From: Candidatus Latescibacterota bacterium
GTDB lineage: Bacteria > Latescibacterota > UBA2968
Direction: 5' to 3'
Length of the DNA: 64,000 nt
Assembly: GCA_965242535.1 (NCBI GenBank)
Contig: OZ251458.1
Location: forward strand, 926,399-990,398
Positions within the stretch are counted from its first letter, which is position 1; the number at the start of each line of letters is the position of its first letter. Made by a program: the position numbers and the translations under genes. Positions 18,306-27,960 of the stretch are shown piece after piece. The notes under the pieces are model-generated. The model was not told where the DNA came from. It did not search any database and was given only the letters and a program-made list of their open reading frames with translations.

Positions 18306-19643
18306 TTAGCCTTCCTCTGTACCTGCTAGCTGAACCATGAGGTCGCGCCGGTCGTGGATGATAGATGGAGAATGGGTAGCTACGAGGAAATCGAGGTCAG
18401 CCAACTTGGATATCTTAGCAATATCCTCGAGAAACTTTCTCTGCCATGTGACGTGAAGAGACAACTCTGGTTCATCTATGAGAATGAGGGAACCCGGCGA
18501 TGCCTTGAACAAAAGTCCGTATGTCAGGACAATTTCATGTTGCTCACCGGAGGACAGTGCTTTTGGAGGCACAATGGATCCATCGTGATCTGACTTAAAC
18601 ACGAAGCCCCTATCTTTATCTATCTCGAATTTCTTATATGAGAAACGCGAGTTGATAATCTCTTTGAACAGTTCTACTCGGCGGAGAAGTGGGTCGAATA
18701 CATCCAGTTTCTTTTGAACGTCATCGAGGTAGGCCCATAAAATTTTTCTTTCATTTTCTTCTAAACCTTCAGGGGTTAGAGGAACGGGAGCCTCAGCAAC
18801 AAGGAGACCTGCTTCCATCAAGCGATCTCTATATTTTGATTGACGGTTATATTCTTCCTGTATGCTCTCTTCTGTCGCTGTCTGAGGAAGCGCGTATGCC
18901 AAAAGCCGTTGGGGAAAAGAGCTATCTAAAGATGATCCAAGCTCACCGGATTCCCTTTGGCATTCCTTTATTCTCGATACCATATCCTCCGAGTATTGCT
19001 CTACCGTCACTCGTTGGACGGGAACTTCTCTCCTATATCGAGGCACAAATTCGCCATTTTTGTGCCTTGTAAAGAGTCTCTGAGTTTCAACAACGACAAT
19101 ATTGATTTGGTTTAATATGCTGTCCATTGCATCCGAAACTGAGGGGATGGATTCTCGAATATCAGAGGGTAGAAAGTGTCCGTAACGAAAAACGACCTCA
19201 TCAAAAGCCATGATCTCGTCCGTGATTTCATCATACCACTCAGATGGACCAATGCGTTCAATATGATCGATCATGCGTTCTAAGAGGCCGGCGGAATATC
19301 TTTTTAGCCTCTCCGGCACTCTCGAGGATACCGTATGCTCAATCGTTTTGTTTCCGAAACGATAGGTTAATTTTAGCTTTGCGGAATCCTTTGCCCCTTC
19401 TTTTTGGATTTGTCTAACTGTCAAGCTGCCTTTCGGATCGAAACGGACCACAATGCGGTCAAAGGGCGTATCGAACAATGAGTGAAACCGCCGTTTGAAG
19501 AGGTCATAGACGAGACGGAGAACCGTCGTCTTGCCGACGCCATTCCGGCCGTGGATGATAGTAATACGGTCGTTTTCCTTCAAGGGTATCTCGTGATCAA
19601 AATACCCGAACAGAGAGTGAATATCGATCTGTCTTATTTTCAT
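18306..19643 (-). CDS. ABC/SMC-type ATPase component (AriA-like; AAA_15/AAA_21-like)
   Basis: Walker A GRNGVGKTT, ABC signature LSSGEQ, Walker B LILIDEPE and H-loop ATHSP. ATG at 19643 with a GGAG ribosome-binding site. The 164-codon upstream extension in the ORF track is read-through antisense to the TPR gene. Confidence 0.75.
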   Translation of the reverse strand: MKIRQIDIHSLFGYFDHEIPLKENDRITIIHGRNGVGKTTVLRLVYDLFKRRFHSLFDTPFDRIVVRFDPKGSLTVRQIQKEGAKDSAKLKLTYRFGNKTIEHTVSSRVPERLKRYSAGLLERMIDHIERIGPSEWYDEITDEIMAFDEVVFRYGHFLPSDIRESIPSVSDAMDSILNQINIVVVETQRLFTRHKNGEFVPRYRREVPVQRVTVEQYSEDMVSRIKECQRESGELGSSLDSSFPQRLLAYALPQTATEESIQEEYNRQSKYRDRLMEAGLLVAEAPVPLTPEGLEENERKILWAYLDDVQKKLDVFDPLLRRVELFKEIINSRFSYKKFEIDKDRGFVFKSDHDGSIVPPKALSSGEQHEIVLTYGLLFKASPGSLILIDEPELSLHVTWQRKFLEDIAKISKLADLDFLVATHSPSIIHDRRDLMVQLAGTEEG

Positions 19644-19671
19644 GTCCGTCTCCAATTGTCTATTTGCACTT

Positions 19672-19712
19672 TTAGAAAACCCCGCACTCATTGGCACGGG
19701 GTTTTGGGATGT
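19672..19712. terminator. Hairpin and T-run identical to 17388-17428 (right copy of the direct repeat)
   Basis: Same 41-bp sequence. Lies 26 nt downstream of the TPR gene stop. Confidence 0.7.
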
Positions 19713-19737
19713 TGGGGTTTGTGGAGCGAGGTGATCG

Positions 19738-20925
19738 CTATTCCTGATTTTGGCTTTGCAGAGCCTCGTACATCTGGTAGGCTTCGGTGGCTTTTTTGAC
19801 GCATTCTGCGGCGACATCGCCTTCCGAGACTTCGGATTTGCGCGCATAAACGCGAGACAGCGCGGCCCAAGCGCGGGCATTGGCGGGTTCGAGTTCGGTG
19901 ACTTGGGCAAAGGCTTCGATGGCTTTGTCAAAGGATTCCACTTTGTCCGCGAGCAAGCCGAGCTGGTACCACGAATCGACATCGTCGGGATTTGCTTCCA
20001 CGCTCTTTTGGAAGAGGTCGAGGGCTTGATCGCCCTTGCCGAGTTGCCGATAGGCAATGGCGAGGTTGAACATCGCGTCCATGTTATCGGGTTGGAGCTC
20101 GACCACTTTATCGAGGATTTCAGCGGCTTTTTCAAAGTTTTCGGCTTGCAAAAAGATCTGCGCCGCGATGTTCAAAATTTTGGGATCATCGCCCGCTATC
20201 GCCAAGGCTTTTTCCGCGGATTCCGACGCGCCTTCTCTGTCGCCTAATTGGTATTGGGCTATCGCCATGTTCTGCAAAATAAGGATATCTTCGGGATCGA
20301 TCTCGTGGCCTTTTTGGAACATTTCCAGGGCTTCGTCAACCCGGCCCGCATTCATCAGCGCGCCGCCGACATTGAAAAAGGACTGGGCTTTCTTCGGATT
20401 GAGTTCAAGGGCTTTTTTGTACGTCTCGATGCCCTCGTCTGCATTGCCCGAGTTGAGGTGCGTGATCGCCAAGCCTTCATACGCGTCGGCTTCTTTGGGG
20501 TTGATCGTGATGGCGAGGTTGAATTGCTCGATGGCAAACTCGGATTTTTGGGAGTTCATCCCCTTGACGCCCAGGTTGTAATACCGCGTCCAAAGCTCTT
20601 TGCGGTCCGTCTCGACTTTCTTTTTCCATTTCTTGTCCGTGGCCAGCTCGTAGTGTTCGTTCATTTCCTCGAACAATTCCTTTTTCGAGTAGAGCCAGCC
20701 CAAGTAGTACTGGACTTCCGAATCGTCGGGGCGACCTTCTGCCGCGATGATGTATTGTTCCAACGCCTTGTCGTATTGACGCTGATTGATGTACAATTTG
20801 CCCGACCGCTTGGCAACAGAGGCCTGCCCTTTGGTCACTTTGGCTTCCGCAGTCGCGGTGAGCGATGGGGGCGCAACAAAAGCTAGCGTCAGGGCAACGA
20901 TGAGTCCACACTTGCGAAATGTCAT
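19738..20925 (-). CDS. Secreted TPR-repeat protein
   Basis: Signal peptide MTFRKCGLIVALTLAFVAPPSLTATAEA, then repeated TPR-like A/Y/L/G heptad patterns throughout. Confidence 0.75.
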   Translation of the reverse strand: MTFRKCGLIVALTLAFVAPPSLTATAEAKVTKGQASVAKRSGKLYINQRQYDKALEQYIIAAEGRPDDSEVQYYLGWLYSKKELFEEMNEHYELATDKKWKKKVETDRKELWTRYYNLGVKGMNSQKSEFAIEQFNLAITINPKEADAYEGLAITHLNSGNADEGIETYKKALELNPKKAQSFFNVGGALMNAGRVDEALEMFQKGHEIDPEDILILQNMAIAQYQLGDREGASESAEKALAIAGDDPKILNIAAQIFLQAENFEKAAEILDKVVELQPDNMDAMFNLAIAYRQLGKGDQALDLFQKSVEANPDDVDSWYQLGLLADKVESFDKAIEAFAQVTELEPANARAWAALSRVYARKSEVSEGDVAAECVKKATEAYQMYEALQSQNQE

Positions 20926-21098
20926 GGGAATTTTCCTTTCTCGACGCGACCGGCGCGGCCGGCAACAGGTTAAAAAGGTCTCGAACGTACACCTCGCCAA
21001 TATAGGGCGTGGTCAAATGCCTGTCAAGTGCGGTGGCGCGTGCGAGTCAATCCCGCATAACGGGTACAACAGGGGACTGACTACCACCGCGCCTTTTT

Positions 21099-21284
21099 CT
21101 ATTGCTCCGAAAGCAAGGTCCCGCCTCTCGCCCAGTGGTCGCGGGGGATGTCCTCGATGACGACCATCGTGCCATCGGCTTTGGCATTGCAGATCTCGAC
21201 CATCGCGTCGGTGATGGCTTTGGCGAGTGCGCGCTTTTGATCGTGCGTGCGCCCTTCCAGCATTTTGACGTTGACAAACGGCAT
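21099..21284 (-). CDS. 4-oxalocrotonate tautomerase family protein
   Basis: MPFVNVKMLEGRT start (Pro1 catalytic), 61 aa, ATG at 21284. The tracked 130-aa ORF over-extends upstream. Confidence 0.7.
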   Translation of the reverse strand: MPFVNVKMLEGRTHDQKRALAKAITDAMVEICNAKADGTMVVIEDIPRDHWARGGTLLSEQ

Positions 21285-21294
21285 GGTTCCCTCC

Positions 21295-22608
21295 TCAAAA
21301 AACGATGAGTTCTGGACTTTGAAAATTGGGTATTGCGGGTTTGGATGAGTTGAACGAAAAGGCCACGGGCACGGCAAAGCCGCGAATGGTGCCCAGCGCG
21401 ACCTCGTTTTCGAGATCGACGATAAAAAGTTGCAAACTGGGAGCCGGGGCGCCGAGGGATTCGATGCCGGCGACGTACAGGGTTTTGCCATCGGGCGTCA
21501 TGCCGATATTTGCCACGAATGCGCCGAGAAAAATTTCGGCTGTTTGCTCCCAAGTGCGCGTGTCAATAACCGCAATGCCACCCCACAAAACAGGCGCGAC
21601 ATTGCCCATGGCATCAAAACCCGAAAAAGTTCGACCGAGGGATGCGGCGAGGCGCGTGCCATCTGCGGAAAGCGCGACATCGAGGACGCTGACGATCTGG
21701 TCGGTCGCTTGCCCCAGCGAGAGGCTATCCGCTATCGCTTTGGTCGTCGCATCGACTTTGAGCAATCGCCCCGTGCTTAGGCTGTTGAGATACAGGGTTT
21801 GCCCATCGGGCGAGAGGGCCAAGCGACTGACCGCTTGCCCCACCGCGATGCTGTCGATCAGCGCGGGGATGCGCGTGTCGATCACGGACACCGCACTCGC
21901 GCCATGGCCGTGCCCGACGTAGAGGCGCGCACCATCGGGCGAAATGACAATCCCGCTGGGGGAGGGGGGCACGTCGATGAGATCTAACGACTGGCCTGCG
22001 AGAATGTCGATGACCTCGACTGCCGCGCCGGATTCTTCGGTGAGGTATGCAAATTGATGATCGGGCGAAAGCACGACGCGATACCCGCCCCGACTGGGCC
22101 GGGCAGGGGGTTTGAGAGAGAGTTGAAACGCGGGCGATCCATCTTCGCCAAAGGCGTGAAAGGAGTCGATGGCGGCCACGTAAATTTGCGCGTTGGTATT
22201 GGAAAGGGCAATGCCGCGGGGTTGCGCGGCACGGAGCATTCGGGTGGGGTCGAGTAAATTGGTCTCGGTATTGAGGACTTGGATGTTGTCGTTGGTCAGG
22301 TCCGCGATGTAGAGCAACAGCGGCCCGTCATCAGGCGGCGGATCGGTCGGGACAGACGATTCGCCAAAGGCATCGACGAAGCGGAGAAAATCGCCAAAGT
22401 CAATTGTGCCATCGCCATCGAGATCGAGTTTGGCGTTGAAATCGGCATCCCCGGCGGACTTGCCGAACCCCCGTGCAAAAATGAGAAAGTCGTTGAAATC
22501 GACCATGCCATCGCCATTGAAGTCCGCGGGATTCGCCTCTTGCGCCGCGAGAAAGGCCGTTGCCAAAAGCAGCGCGAGACACAACGCCGTCGCCGTGTAT
22601 TTCTCCAT
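21295..22608 (-). CDS. Secreted protein with N-terminal dockerin-type Ca-binding repeats and YVTN-family beta-propeller repeats
   Basis: Signal peptide; DFNGDGMVDFNDF and DLDGDGTIDFGDF dockerin/EF-hand-like pairs; recurring SPDG(A/Q/K)(R/T)LYV blades. Confidence 0.7.
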   Translation of the reverse strand: MEKYTATALCLALLLATAFLAAQEANPADFNGDGMVDFNDFLIFARGFGKSAGDADFNAKLDLDGDGTIDFGDFLRFVDAFGESSVPTDPPPDDGPLLLYIADLTNDNIQVLNTETNLLDPTRMLRAAQPRGIALSNTNAQIYVAAIDSFHAFGEDGSPAFQLSLKPPARPSRGGYRVVLSPDHQFAYLTEESGAAVEVIDILAGQSLDLIDVPPSPSGIVISPDGARLYVGHGHGASAVSVIDTRIPALIDSIAVGQAVSRLALSPDGQTLYLNSLSTGRLLKVDATTKAIADSLSLGQATDQIVSVLDVALSADGTRLAASLGRTFSGFDAMGNVAPVLWGGIAVIDTRTWEQTAEIFLGAFVANIGMTPDGKTLYVAGIESLGAPAPSLQLFIVDLENEVALGTIRGFAVPVAFSFNSSKPAIPNFQSPELIVF

Positions 22609-23018
22609 TGCGTTTCCCTATTGTGTGATCCGCGTTTGCGGGTTATGATACGCTTGCCAGCAGGTGTCGTCAATCTGATTTTGAAACCCTTGAACCTATC
22701 CAGAGTTCCACAGCCAAACGCGCCATGAAAATCACAGTCAGAAAATTGCGGGACAAACCAAAAGAACATCGGGCTTCGACTTCCGAAGAACGCCTCGAAC
22801 TCGTCGAACAACTGCGAATCCAATCCGGGAGATTCCTGTATGACTACCCAGCCCGACTTCGAAGAACTGTTAGGGTCAGAAAAAAATAAATGGCGTGCGT
22901 GGGAGATTCCCGCGTGCTTTGGCGTTGACATCCGAGTTGTGCGGTTGCATCGCGCGACTTGCACGGGTTGAACAATGAAAATTGATCATTGTCACCAGAA
23001 AGGTATCGGTTAGCTGCG

Positions 23019-23810
23019 ATGGGCGCGTATATTTCCAAAGCCGAGTGGGAGGCGTTTGACGCGCAGGGGTATTTGCACTTGGGCAATGTGATGGACGATG
23101 GCGAGTTGGCGGCGTTGCAACAGCGGATCGACGAGATCATGATGGGCACGGCGTCTATCGACTACGACCGCGTGATGATGCAACTCGATTCCGATCCCGC
23201 GCACGGAGGATCCCCCGGCCCGCAGAGCAAGGGGCACAAAATCCCCACGCTGGCGTATCGCAAAATTCAGGATTTGGAGTTGGACGACCGGTTTCGCGCA
23301 TTTTTGCAAAAGCCCGTGTTTCGAGAGATCTGCGAGCATGTGTACGGCAAAGACACGCCTGTGGACTGCTTTCGGGCGATGTTCATGAACAAGCCCGCGC
23401 GCGAGGGCACGCCGCTCGTGTGGCATCAGGACCGGTGGACGGATTTGACCATGGATCCGCAGATCACCTTGTGGACCGCGTTGGATCCCACGTCAATCGA
23501 AAATGGATGCGTGAAAATCATCCCCGGCTCGCACCGCGAGTTGATCAATCCCGAGCATGGATCCGGGTTTTTGACCGACGAGCACATCGAGACGATTGTC
23601 GCCAAGTGCGAACCGGTGGATCTCATCTTGGAAGCGGGCGACTCGGTTTTGTTGCACAACTGGACGCTGCACAGTTCCGGGGTCAATGAGACGGATATCG
23701 CGCGGCGCGCGTTCAGCGTTTGTTACATGCACGGTGCCACGCGCTCTTTGCGCGGCAAGACATTCACTCGGGTTTTTGGCAACGGCGCCATCGGTGAATG
23801 TAAATCATGA
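23019..23810 (+). CDS. Phytanoyl-CoA dioxygenase (PhyH) family Fe(II)/2-oxoglutarate oxygenase
   Basis: WHQDRW...D and distal His/Arg pattern typical of PhyH. One of four paralogues in the window. Confidence 0.7.
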   Translation: MGAYISKAEWEAFDAQGYLHLGNVMDDGELAALQQRIDEIMMGTASIDYDRVMMQLDSDPAHGGSPGPQSKGHKIPTLAYRKIQDLELDDRFRAFLQKPVFREICEHVYGKDTPVDCFRAMFMNKPAREGTPLVWHQDRWTDLTMDPQITLWTALDPTSIENGCVKIIPGSHRELINPEHGSGFLTDEHIETIVAKCEPVDLILEAGDSVLLHNWTLHSSGVNETDIARRAFSVCYMHGATRSLRGKTFTRVFGNGAIGECKS

Positions 23811-23906
23811 CCGATCCCCTCGTTTTGCTTAAATCGCATCGCGGCGATGCGCGTTTTCGCTTTCGCGTCCCGAAGGCGTTGGCCCTGCGCTCAACCGTGT
23901 TGAGTA

Positions 23907-24343
23907 CCCATTTGTACCAACTCATTCATTATCGGGGTCGCTTTGCTGTTCCATCGTCCTTCAGAAAAGCCATCCCAACTCGTGCCATCCCAAAAGTTCA
24001 TCGACGAAAGCCATCGGGCACAGCGCGCAAGTCCGTCTCGCAACCCACATCCATTTTGCAACCCACTTTGCAGGCTGTCTCATGTCGTGGAATTACAAAA
24101 GCGATTTGCGCTGTGCCTAGCCCCTCGGCGCATGAGAGCGGCATTTTTGAACTGCTCGGGCAGTTGTACCCCGCTCGCCTACTTTTTTTTGCTGTTGAAA
24201 AAAAGTAGGTCGCCGAAGGCATCGAAGGCAACCAACGATGCTTTTAGGACCAAACGTTTTAGAAAAGTGAGCCACGTCGGTGCGGATTGGTGCGGATCAA
24301 CATTTAGTTTAATTTACGGAGTATTTAGTTGGTACAAATGGTT
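23907..24343 (+). repeat. MITE-like repeat copy B (terminal inverted repeats CCATTTGTACCAACT... / ...AGTTGGTACAAATGG)
   Basis: Inverted termini read directly. The internal modules match copy A. Confidence 0.8.
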
Positions 24344-24450
24344 GATCAGCCCGTCCAGTCGGGATTCCACGCGGTGGGGTTTTTGTCTTACGGGATCACT
24401 TCCGTGTGGAAATGGAGCGGGATCGAACTCGTCGAATGATCGGAGGCTTT

Positions 24451-25617
24451 ATGTATCGAATTGGACAACCCGAAATCGCGCGCGTGGCGACCCTGTTGGA
24501 AAGCGGCGAGATTTTTCGCTATGGCAAGGCGGGGGAATGCGACCGGTTTGAAGCGGATTGGGGCAGGCGATTGGGCGGGGTTCAGGTGCGGATGACCACC
24601 AGTGGCACGGCCTCGCTTTATTGCGCCCTCATCGGCCTCAAGGTCGGGCCGGGGGATTCGGTCATCGTGCCTGCGTGTACGTACATGGCGACCGCGCTCG
24701 CGGTCGTCGCTGCAGGGGCCATGCCCATCGTCGCGGAGGTGGATGAATCGATCACCTTGTCTCCCGAAGATGTCGCAAAAAAAATTGCCCCGCACACCAA
24801 GGCCATCATCCCCGTCCACATGTGGGGGTTGCCCTGCGACATGGACGCGCTGATGGGCCTTGCAGAAGAGCGCGGGGTCAAGGTCTTAGAAGATGCGTGT
24901 CAGGCCGTTGGCGGCGGGTACAAAGGTCGCGCACTCGGGTCTATCGGACACGCGGGAGCGTTCAGTTTTAACTATTTCAAAAATATGACCAGCGGCGAGG
25001 GCGGCGCGTTTGTTTCGGCGGATGCGTCTGTGTTCCGACGCGGGTCGGTCGCCGCGGATTGCTGCTCGTATTATTGGAATCCGGAAGAGCATCGCCCCGA
25101 TGAACAATTCGCCGGGCTGAATTTTCGGGCCACGGAAATTTCGGGCGCGATTCTCAATGCCCAACTCGAGCGCATCGACGAAATGCTGGATCGGATGCGC
25201 GGGCACAAGCGCGTGCTGACAAAGGTGGGCGAAGACGCGGGCCTGACGTCGATCACCAACAACAGTTTGGACGACGAATGCGGCACGCACGTCGGATTTA
25301 TTTTTGAGTCGGAAGAACGCGCTCGCGCCTTTGCCGGACAGATGAAGACAGCGACCGGCCGCGCGTTTTTGCCCATCGACACCGGGCGACACGTCTATAC
25401 GCGCTGGGATCCCATCATGCGAAAACAAGGCGCGCACCATCCCGCGCTCGACCCGTTTCGCCTGCCGGAAAACGAGGCGTTGCAGATCGCGTATTCCGAG
25501 GATATGTGCGCCCAATCGCTGGATATTTTGAGCCGGGCCGTGCTCATCGGCATGCACCCGGACAACGACCGGGAAAAGGTCGATGAAATCGCAACCGCCA
25601 TTCGGGAATCCACCTAG
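24451..25617 (+). CDS. DegT/DnrJ/EryC1/StrS family PLP-dependent sugar aminotransferase
   Basis: Fold-type I aminotransferase pattern with a conserved FSFNYFKNMTSGEGG region (PLP Lys). CGGAGG ribosome-binding site. Confidence 0.8.
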   Translation: MYRIGQPEIARVATLLESGEIFRYGKAGECDRFEADWGRRLGGVQVRMTTSGTASLYCALIGLKVGPGDSVIVPACTYMATALAVVAAGAMPIVAEVDESITLSPEDVAKKIAPHTKAIIPVHMWGLPCDMDALMGLAEERGVKVLEDACQAVGGGYKGRALGSIGHAGAFSFNYFKNMTSGEGGAFVSADASVFRRGSVAADCCSYYWNPEEHRPDEQFAGLNFRATEISGAILNAQLERIDEMLDRMRGHKRVLTKVGEDAGLTSITNNSLDDECGTHVGFIFESEERARAFAGQMKTATGRAFLPIDTGRHVYTRWDPIMRKQGAHHPALDPFRLPENEALQIAYSEDMCAQSLDILSRAVLIGMHPDNDREKVDEIATAIREST

Positions 25618-25719
25618 ATCGCGTTGTTCGGCAATGGCTTCAAGCCTTGTCAACCTTTCGTTGGTGGTGGCTTGGGACGGATCGATGATGGGAATGGGTA
25701 TGCGTTTTTAGGGATTTCA

Positions 25720-26892
25720 TCAATAATGGACGACCTGAAAATACAAGTCGTCTTTGACCGGGTTAAATTCAACAAATTTCAATCGGTCACACCGTCCACC
25801 ATTGTTCTGGTTAAATCTGTTAAAGCTGTCAATCAATTGCTGATAAGCCACAGATTGCTTATTGGCAATTTTTTTTGTTACCAGCACTGGCTGAATATCA
25901 CTTGGGCGATTCGAAATATAATATTGCTCAATCCAATCCACATATCTTTGAATTTGTATGACGTTATTTATGTCCGCTTCAACTGCTTTCAGTTCAAGGG
26001 CAATTACTATTCTTTGCTCATTTCGTATAGCTGACGCCATAATATCAATCCTCTGCATGCCAACACCGCATGATACCTCATTGCCAAGCCATTCAATTTG
26101 CGCGCCATTAAGGATTGCCGCATCCAAACTCGCGTTTATTGTTTGGCCTATATTCTTTGTTATATACGCCTGCAAATGTGATTCAAACATTTGTCCGACT
26201 TGATACTTTGCAATCAGCCGCGGCAATAGATTTAGTTCCTCTTGCCGTATTCCAGCGTAGGGGCTCTTTTGGTCAAGACAAACTATTTTTCCTTTTTCCA
26301 AATCGAATGAAACCCCCGTATTTTGGCAGTTCAATTCTGTTTTTTTGTTTTTGTTCCTAATAAGTTGCGTCAATCTTTCAGCCTCATAAATCGTTATCAT
26401 TGTGTTACCGCGATTGCCCTTAAGTTTTCGGTATATCAAGCTCCATAGCATTTGATTTGGAGAGTTTATGTTTTTAATCTCGTCCAAAGCTTCCCATTCT
26501 GTTACGCCTTCCGCATAAACTCTATATGGCTCAATGAGCGTTCTAAAAGTTAGCGGCTTTTGAAGTTCGCTTTTGAGATATTGCCGATCATCATTGTTAT
26601 CCAAGAACGACCAGTTGTGTTTGGCTTTGAAAATTCCAAAAAACTTACCTTCAAAAATTTTATTTGCAAAGTTCTGTTGCAAATAAAAAATGATTTGGTC
26701 TCCCCGTCTAACCCTACTCCCATCGGCGATCATGTTGACAAGCATATTTTCTGTTGCTGGGTGAAGATAAGTGCTTGTGCTTGGACTGTTAAAGTCAACT
26801 TTGTTGTCTTTTGCCCCAGTGCCGGCAAAGAGATATTCCAAGTGGATTTTGAATGTCGTGGAATCGACAATGAAAACATGTGTTGTCATCAT
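25720..26892 (-). CDS. Restriction endonuclease-like protein: N-terminal PUA/EVE-like beta-barrel plus C-terminal PD-(D/E)xK nuclease
   Basis: N-terminus carries the R-R-GD-x-I-x-FY pattern (RVRRGDQIIFY) of EVE/ASCH/PUA folds. C-terminus carries RIDIMAS...IVIALELKA (D...E-x-K). Strongly AT-rich codon usage. AGGAGG ribosome-binding site. Confidence 0.6.
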   Translation of the reverse strand: MMTTHVFIVDSTTFKIHLEYLFAGTGAKDNKVDFNSPSTSTYLHPATENMLVNMIADGSRVRRGDQIIFYLQQNFANKIFEGKFFGIFKAKHNWSFLDNNDDRQYLKSELQKPLTFRTLIEPYRVYAEGVTEWEALDEIKNINSPNQMLWSLIYRKLKGNRGNTMITIYEAERLTQLIRNKNKKTELNCQNTGVSFDLEKGKIVCLDQKSPYAGIRQEELNLLPRLIAKYQVGQMFESHLQAYITKNIGQTINASLDAAILNGAQIEWLGNEVSCGVGMQRIDIMASAIRNEQRIVIALELKAVEADINNVIQIQRYVDWIEQYYISNRPSDIQPVLVTKKIANKQSVAYQQLIDSFNRFNQNNGGRCDRLKFVEFNPVKDDLYFQVVHY

Positions 26893-26925
26893 GGTACCTC
26901 CTATCGTCGGAAAACAGCGGATACC

Positions 26926-27933
26926 TCACGTTGGGGGTTTGCAGACCGAGCAGGGAAAATGGTCTTTCTCGGCATCTTTCAATGAGATGGGAATATAGGT
27001 CTTTTTTAGATATCGACAACCAGCGCGATGATACTTGGTTCCCGCTGTTGTGGTATAGACCTCAATTTCGTCACGGGAACGGACTTTTACCGTATTGCCT
27101 ACTTTTTTAAAAACGAAAATGTACTCGTGCTTGAAAATGTAGAACCCGCCTACGAGTGCGCGATAGCGCCACAGATTTTCCCGATTCTGCTTTGCGCGGT
27201 TGTTCACCATATTTTTTACGAGAATGCTTTTCAGCATGAGGCCATGCCCGCGCTTTAGGATTTCTTGCATGAGATAAAACCCGAGCGGCACCCACTCGCT
27301 ATTGGTGTACTTATCGCCAATCACAACCGCCAAGTATCTGTCCCGCGCCAATAAATCGGTAAAATTTTCAATCACATCGCCGAACTTCGCGACAAATTCG
27401 TCAACGGTTGGGGCATTGCACAGATCCGCTTTTTGGTCGCTGAACTTGATAATATCGTGATACGGGGGATGCAACAAGATCAAATGGACATATTGTTTGC
27501 CCATTTTGTCCAGCACTTCCAAAACTTTGGTGCGTGCAGCTCTTGTCGCGCTGTCTGCGACGATGACTTCTGTCAGAACATTGTCGCCACTGACTTCAGT
27601 GCCTGCATGATCAAAAGACAGTTCCTCTTGGCTGATATTTTGTCGTGCGTATTCCGCCACCTCGGGTATCAACTCAACGCCGATACCGTGCCGGCCCAAC
27701 CGCTTCGATTCGATGAGGGTCGTGCCGTGCCCCAAAAACGCATCCAAAACAACATCGCCTTTTTGCGTGAACCGATTCATCATCTGATTCGGGATTTGCG
27801 GAATGAAGTTGCCGTGGTACGCGTTGTTGTGTGCCCCGGATTTGTCGCGCTCGCCAATCAACCACAGGCTATCGGTGATAATATCGCCGTATTTCTTCCA
27901 ATTTTTTAATTCTAAATCGTTGATTTTCGGCAT
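26926..27933 (-). CDS. DNA methyltransferase (amino-MTase: N6-adenine or N4-cytosine)
   Basis: Motif I VLDAFLGHGTT with a preceding FIPQIPNQ block and LGRHGIGVE. Motif IV LLHPPY. Cys-rich C-terminal tail. Same AT-rich island as the nuclease. Confidence 0.75.
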   Translation of the reverse strand: MPKINDLELKNWKKYGDIITDSLWLIGERDKSGAHNNAYHGNFIPQIPNQMMNRFTQKGDVVLDAFLGHGTTLIESKRLGRHGIGVELIPEVAEYARQNISQEELSFDHAGTEVSGDNVLTEVIVADSATRAARTKVLEVLDKMGKQYVHLILLHPPYHDIIKFSDQKADLCNAPTVDEFVAKFGDVIENFTDLLARDRYLAVVIGDKYTNSEWVPLGFYLMQEILKRGHGLMLKSILVKNMVNNRAKQNRENLWRYRALVGGFYIFKHEYIFVFKKVGNTVKVRSRDEIEVYTTTAGTKYHRAGCRYLKKTYIPISLKDAEKDHFPCSVCKPPT

Positions 27934-27960
27934 GGTTAATCCCCGTCATTTGTATCTTCG

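Noticed and set aside
18306-20135. 609-aa ORF as tracked for the ATPase, with a 164-codon N-terminal extension
   Set aside because: The extension is Pro/Ser/Lys-rich and is read-through antisense to the TPR gene (19738-20925). The ATG at 19643 has a GGAG ribosome-binding site and begins the conserved Walker A region, so the short form is called.
22989-23018. TTG-start N-terminal extension of the PhyH gene
   Set aside because: ATG at 23019 is preferred. The extension adds 10 non-conserved residues.
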